Assembly: GCF_001194135.2 (NCBI RefSeq)
Contig: NC_068987.1
Location: 99,275,391 to 99,319,351, forward strand
DNA from: Octopus bimaculoides
Lineage: Eukaryota
Reading direction: 5' to 3'
Length of the DNA stretch: 43,961 nt
Shown: piece after piece, positions 37,833-43,961 of the stretch
Layout of the letters: each line of letters starts with the position of its first letter
Numbering within the stretch: position 1 is the first letter of the stretch
Program-made: the position numbers and the translations under genes
The notes under the pieces: generated by a model
The model's database searches: none
What the model was told of the DNA's origin: nothing
The model's input: the letters and a program-made list of their open reading frames with translations, nothing else

Positions 37833-38699
37833 NNNNNNNNNNNNNNNNNNNNNNNNNNNNNNNNNNNNNNNNNNNNNNNNNNNNNNNNNNNNNNNNNNNN
37901 NNNNNNNNNNNNNNNNNNNNNNNNNNNNNNNNNNNNNNNNNNNNNNNNNNNNNNNNNNNNNNNNNNNNNNNNNNNNNNNNNNNNNNNNNNNNNNNNNNNN
38001 NNNNNNNNNNNNNNNNNNNNNNNNNNNNNNNNNNNNNNNNNNNNNNNNNNNNNNNNNNNNNNNNNNNNNNNNNNNNNNNNNNNNNNNNNNNNNNNNNNNN
38101 NNNNNNNNNNNNNNNNNNNNNNNNNNNNNNNNNNNNNNNNNNNNNNNNNNNNNNNNNNNNNNNNNNNNNNNNNNNNNNNNNNNNNNNNNNNNNNNNNNNN
38201 NNNNNNNNNNNNNNNNNNNNNNNNNNNNNNNNNNNNNNNNNNNNNNNNNNNNNNNNNNNNNNNNNNNNNNNNNNNNNNNNNNNNNNNNNNNNNNNNNNNN
38301 NNNNNNNNNNNNNNNNNNNNNNNNNNNNNNNNNNNNNNNNNNNNNNNNNNNNNNNNNNNNNNNNNNNNNNNNNNNNNNNNNNNNNNNNNNNNNNNNNNNN
38401 NNNNNNNNNNNNNNNNNNNNNNNNNNNNNNNNNNNNNNNNNNNNNNNNNNNNNNNNNNNNNNNNNNNNNNNNNNNNNNNNNNNNNNNNNNNNNNNNNNNN
38501 NNNNNNNNNNNNNNNNNNNNNNNNNNNNNNNNNNNNNNNNNNNNNNNNNNNNNNNNNNNNNNNNNNNNNNNNNNNNNNNNNNNNNNNNNNNNNNNNNNNN
38601 NNNNNNNNNNNNNNNNNNNNNNNNNNNNNNNNNNNNNNNNNNNNNNNNNNNNNNNNNNNNNNNNNNNNNNNNNNNNNNNNNNNNNNNNNNNNNNNNNNN
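37833..38699. other. Assembly gap (N)
   Basis: Run of N. Confidence 1.
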
Positions 38700-39265
38700 T
38701 ATATATATAAATATATATATATGCATACAACCATACAACCACATACATACACGCATATACATATATAAATGTGTATGTGTTTATCTGCGTCTGTGTGAGA
38801 CTGTATGTGGAGGAGGAAAGCGATAAGTGTACAAGGAAACATATGCTTATAGGTTTTGAAATGTTTTCCACAATCGCCCATTCGTTTGCAGAAAACAAAC
38901 TTTGATCTTTATTACGATCTGAAAACTCAACAAAAGATAAAGAAAAAACAAGGCGGGAAACAAGGGGAAAGAAAAAGAAATGATGAAATAAATTACAAAC
39001 AACAATAACAATCAATCAATGTTATGCAAAATACACAAAAGATATCAATGAATTATTGTCTAAACGAAGAATAAATAGATTGATTTCAAATTGACGCTAA
39101 GATGTTTACACCTTTATGTCCGTCCTATTCGCTTTGGATTTAATTTATTTTATCATACATAGTTTAACGATTTCATGAGAAAAACAGCAGAAATCGTACA
39201 ATAAAAATACTCAAGTAGTGTTTTTTATTAAAATGGTAAGAATAAAACGACCAATAACATATGAA

Positions 39266-39486
39266 ATAATAATGGTTTCAAGTCTTGGGAGATAGCCAGG
39301 AATTTCGAAAGAGGAGTTAAGTCGATAAAATCGGTACCACAGTTCAACTGGTACTTACTTTGCAACACCGAAATGATGAATGTCAAAGTCGTCCCCATTC
39401 ATATATGAACACAGGAGGTAAAGGCAGATGAAATGCCGCTAAGAATTTTGCCCGGCGCGTAAAAAATCTGACAGCTCACCACCCTT
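39266..39486 (-). mobile_element. SINE stack unit 1
   Basis: aataatggtttcaag...aagtcgat...caactggtacttac...gatgaatgtcaaagtcg...gaaatgccgctaagaattttgcccggcgc...cagctcaccaccctt. Confidence 0.75.
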
Positions 39487-39682
39487 GTGATAATCCTTCC
39501 TACTAAAGGCACAAGGCCTGAAGTTATGGGGAAGTGGACAAGTCAATTACATCAACTCTAGTGTTTCACTGGTACTTAATTTATCGATCGTGAAAGTATG
39601 AAAGGCAATTTGAATAAGTAAAGACGGACGAAATATCGTTAAGCATTTGGGACAGTGCACTATTTTGCCAGCAGGTCGCCCT
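39487..39682 (-). mobile_element. SINE stack unit 2
   Basis: tcctactaaaggcacaaggcctgaa...cactggtacttaatttatcga...atgaaaggca...gacggacgaaatatcgttaagcattt...ttttgccagcaggtcgccctt. Confidence 0.75.
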
Positions 39683-39842
39683 TCTAATACCAACAATGAT
39701 GGCACACGGCCAGCAATTTTTAGGAGGAGGTAAGTTATTAGCATCGACCTTAGTAATCAAATGAGAAGACGTGAAGTCGTCCTTGGCGGTATTTGAACTC
39801 AGATCTACAGGCGTGTGATAGATTCTACCAGCAGGTCGCCTT
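39683..39842 (-). mobile_element. SINE stack unit 3 (internally deleted)
   Basis: ggcacacggccagcaatttt...catcgacc...aagtcgtccttggcggtatttgaactcaga...gattctaccagcaggtcgcctt. Confidence 0.7.
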
Positions 39843-40050
39843 TCTACTAAAGACACAAAGCATAATTTTTTTTAGGGAGAGGAGCATTTGATTGCATCAA
39901 CCTCAGTGTTTCACTGGTACTAAATTTATCAACACCGAAGGGATGAAAGGCAAAGTCGACCTCGGCGAAATTTGAACTCAGAACGTAGCGAAGGGCGAAA
40001 TACCACTGAGCATTTCGCCCAGCGCGCTAACGACTGCTAGTTCGCTTCGT
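39843..40050 (-). mobile_element. SINE stack unit 4
   Basis: tctactaaagacacaaag...cactggtac...ccgaagggatgaaaggcaaagtcgacctcggcgaaatttgaactcagaacgtag...gcgctaacgac. Confidence 0.85.
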
Positions 40051-40268
40051 TAATGATAATAATAATGATTTCAAATTTTGCCACAAGGGCAGCTTTGGGG
40101 ACGGGATTAAATTGATTACATCGTCTCCTGTGCGTAACTGGTACTTATTTAATCTAACCCGAAAGGATGAAAGGCAATATCGATCTCGGTGGAATATGAA
40201 ATTAGAACGGGCGAAATACCATTGAGCTCTTTGTCAAGCGTGCTAACTATTCTGCCAGCTGGCTGCAT
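40051..40268 (-). mobile_element. SINE stack unit 5
   Basis: aataatgatttcaaattttgccacaagggcagc...gcgtaactggtacttattt...ccgaaaggatgaaaggcaa...gtgctaactattctgccagct. Confidence 0.85.
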
Positions 40269-40470
40269 TAATGAAAATAATAACGAGCAAAAGAATAACA
40301 ACAATAAACAGATATCAATGATAATAGCTATGAATACTCTTTCCATTGGCAAAGGCTAACATTTTGCAGGAAGGAGCAACTCGACTATATGAAGTTCATA
40401 GCTCAAAAGGCACTTAGTATGCAGAACTGCCGAATCTTCTCGACATTTGTGTAATATAACAACTGTAACG

Positions 40471-40471
<1 letters not shown>

Positions 40472-40547
<76 letters not shown>
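40472..40547. repeat. (TA)n(TG)n microsatellite
   Basis: Seen directly. Confidence 0.95.
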
Positions 40548-40551
<4 letters not shown>

Positions 40552-40689
40552 ATTCTGTTGGTACACTCTTACTGTATAACACAAAAAACAGGCTAAAATT
40601 TCATGTTGAAATACCTTTACAAATGCTTTAATTATAATGGTCAAGTGTTTGTGCTGCACATTACATTAACTCACTCCTTACAGCAAATT

Positions 40690-40860
40690 GATGTTGCCTG
40701 ATCAGGTACACCACGTACCGTACTTCAGGAGTTGAAGTAAGTACCGAGCAATATGCAATGAAGTGTTTTGCTTAAGAACATAATGTACAACCCTGTCCAG
40801 TTTTTGAAACTACGATCTAACGAACATGAGTGTACAATACATAATAGTATGCCCTGCGCT
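40690..40860 (-). mobile_element. Degenerate CORE-type SINE
   Basis: gagcaatatgcaatgaagtgttttgcttaagaacataat (40746-40783) resembles the reverse complement of the CORE-domain segment gttgtgtccttgagcaagacactt. It is followed by a decayed tRNA-like head. Boundaries are approximate. Confidence 0.5.
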
Positions 40861-40905
40861 TTTATATGCACATGCACATACACGCAAACAAACATATACA
40901 TATTT

Positions 40906-41074
40906 ACTAAACGTTCTAATGTTGATGTCAACGCACATATATACTAATCGACTAGTCTCAGCTGTGGGCATATTTCAGATAAGGACATGTCTCAGATATG
41001 AGTATATTGCGACCGATGCTTCCTGGCAATAACGGTCCCTGTGTGCTTTGACATCAACATTAGAACGTCTTAGT
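40906..41074. mobile_element. MITE-like element with about 32-bp terminal inverted repeats
   Basis: actaaacgttctaatgttgatgtcaacgcaca (40906-40937) versus tgtgctttgacatcaacattagaacgtcttagt (41042-41074): one mismatch and one indel. No clear TSD. Confidence 0.65.
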
Positions 41075-43534
41075 CTTACGGCACGTAATATTGAATGAAG
41101 GCTAAGTGCTCAACGATTATTTTAGAGGACATAGTTTTTGTCAGAATTTTAGATGAGAGTGTACCTCACAACTCAAGTTTCGCGTCACTGTGATCATTAT
41201 CAGCCCGAAGCTAGTGTCACCAGACTAACTCGCAACGAAAGTTTTAATAATAAATACTAAATATATATGACTCAAGAGATTGTATACATACATTTTCATA
41301 GTCTATGTGCATTGTTCGCATCATAAAAACTAAAAAGACGTCATGCAAAAATATATTGATTATATTTCATTAACTTTTTATTGCTGCATGTATCAGATAT
41401 CCCGAGTTTACAAATATTTTACAGTTGGTATTTTGAATCATGAACAAAACTGATAATATATTGCATTGAACAGATACAGTATTGCAAGACATCGACGTTA
41501 TAATCAATACTTTTTATATAATGAAACTAATATGCCATTGTTATCTGTAAGTAATTTGATTTATTGATGGTATAATAATGCTTTTCAATATAATAGGATG
41601 GATTATAATAAGATTTTTTTCAAGCTATTAGGTTGTTTGCAAAATATGTTTTTGATGGGCTGATTTTATTTCCTCGTTTAAATTTGTTGAAAGATGTGCA
41701 GATTTAATTTTTTAGTAATTATATGTTGCAGTTTAAAAATATAACAAATATATACTTTATTTCAATTTCATTCATACGACTCTATGTAAGATATACTGTT
41801 CCCAGGTCCGATATAAGAAATATACAACACTCCTACAAATTCCACAGCTGAATAGTATACGTCTCAGTAAGAATAGTAGAGTATGTTCAGAGAAACATCA
41901 TATGTCTACAGCAGAAACATATTACAAAATTCAGTTATCATATAAAGCATCAAAAAATTATGTGACCTGTGGGATTAAAAAAAAGATATCATTGAAATTG
42001 ATTTATATGGTCATCCAACCCGCTCAGCTATGCTTACAGTAGGTAAAATGTTTCCCAATCTTACCTCTTCCATTCCATCAGACTCATGAATTTATATGCA
42101 GAAATTCCAAATGTGAAAGTTACTTTGTTCGAAACCAATAAAGTGATCTACGAGAATGTACCTTCCATTGCTCACAAATACTACTTTGCAGAGATATGTA
42201 CACTGTTATGTAGAAATACACTACACTGTGTCAAATTCTGATATGCATTAACCCTATAACAATACGTACCCCTTCTTTATTATCTCCGGTATACTTTCTG
42301 TAGAAAGAGATCTGTTGCACACCTACTCACTTATCCTACTCACTATTGGAATTTTGTTCTAGTCTTCTTTTTTAAAATGGAAGAATTTTCAGGCAGATAT
42401 CTGCAGAGTATTTGAGTGAGTTCATCAGCCAAATCTCCTAAAATCTGCCTACCTATAAAATTCTTTCTTTATTTGACTTTTGATTGAGTAGATTCGTTTC
42501 AGATCGCAGTGCCGTGTTATATACTGATAATGATCTATGTGTCATTCATTCTATAATTTATAATTTTGTCGACAATTTTTTCTCTTACTGAACGATCAGC
42601 GCCGCGTGAGGTTTCATAGATATATACGCAAATTTTACTGAATATCTTAGTTCCTTAGCCCTCACGAACCTCGTGGCACCTACGTGTAACTTGCTATAAT
42701 ACTATAATACAATATGATTTACATTGATATCATCCACATAGATTTTCTAAGTAAGGTCTACTGACGACATCACAATCTGGTTAATTTGAGCAGGAAAAAA
42801 GAAACTCAAAGAAAACCTATACACACCCACAATTTTACACATATTAAGAAAACATCTTAAGATCCCGTCCACCAGAAGCAGGGGCAGCATAACAAAGAGC
42901 GTGGGGTTTCCTTAGGATTAGGAAATATGTTGTTCACAAGAAATAGGGAACTACAAGGATTTACTGTTCTAAAATCGAGGTGTTAAGTGTTCCGCCATAT
43001 AGGTATTAGGATACTAAACTGTTCTAACATCTAATACCCTACATTACTGTTCTAACATCTAAGTGTTTGTTACATTGTTCACCTCTATGGAATGGCTTTT
43101 ATTCCTCCAAATGGATGATCTGTACTCAAGCAAAGACCACGTTCCTCTTATACCCCACTTTCATCAGCTTCATTGTTTTCCATCCAACGACACCTCTCGT
43201 TTCCTGCACTTACCACCATGATCTATTCATATTCTTCTGAATGTCAGTCATACGGATATCTCTTCTTCATGATATTCTTCTTGGAAGTATCTATATTTAT
43301 ACGCTTCTGCATGAACGTCAAGTGAATCGTTCTTACCGGAGTTAGAGAGCCAACAAAATCTACAGAAACTGACAAAACTAACTAAATCTGAGAACGCTAT
43401 GTGTCAAAAATGAGACACATGCGTTAATTTGGTGATTAGAAGTTATACTTACATCAACTGTATTTCCAAAAGTAGCTTCATCATTTCCGATTAAAACGAT
43501 TTCAATTCCATTAGAAGGCTCAATGTAAAACGCA

Positions 43535-43549
43535 TCATCACAATCGTCG

Positions 43550-43596
<47 letters not shown>

Positions 43597-43626
43597 GTCA
43601 TCGTCATCATCATTGTCATCATCATC
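43535..43626. repeat. (CAT)n microsatellite
   Basis: Seen directly. Confidence 0.95.
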
Positions 43627-43917
43627 CATCGAACCTTCTTCACTTGCATCTTCTACTAGTAGACAATGATCTGAGCTGAGCGGTATCGCCCTGATTTCTT
43701 TTAAGTTGAAAGCTATCATCACCAAATTTTAAACTATACCATTTCAGGCGCGTTTATTAGGTTTCAAACGTGATTGAAAGTTACGATATACTATATTGAT
43801 TATTTAAAAGGTACCACCATTGTCTATTAGATAATACGTACAGTAACGTTAACCCTTTGTGTTTTATGCGCATATGATGTTACAGTACTTATAATTCGTT
43901 ACTCTGTATTATATGAA

Positions 43918-43961
<44 letters not shown>

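Noticed and set aside
43849-43858. TTAACCCTTT piggyBac-like terminus
   Set aside because: No partner end in the window, and the orientation does not fit the adjacent ORF.

Overview
Very AT-rich eukaryotic genomic DNA with eight N gaps and dense microsatellites. The SINE families and repeat landscape resemble an octopus (cephalopod) genome; this is inferred from recalled repeat families, not from a search. I found no recognisable intact host gene. Nearly all supplied ORFs are artefacts of gaps or simple repeats. Supported content is mostly decayed mobile DNA: two convergent Ty3/gypsy pol remnants (19.7-23.3 kb), a 174-bp solo LTR with a perfect 5-bp TSD (11192-11365), two mariner transposase remnants, a Penelope-like GIY-YIG endonuclease remnant (30.7-31.3 kb, minus), about ten tRNA-derived SINE copies including a head-to-tail stack at 39.3-40.4 kb, and two fold-back/MITE-like elements. 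The most interesting signal is a dispersed element present twice (29282-29553 and 36127-36526, both minus). It joins a Pol III A/B-box tRNA-like head and an (AAT)n spacer to a minimal Penelope-type hammerhead ribozyme. Each copy has different core mutations, and the two-copy consensus gives a complete core. A second, unrelated hammerhead-like core lies inside the fold-back element at 1426-1708.
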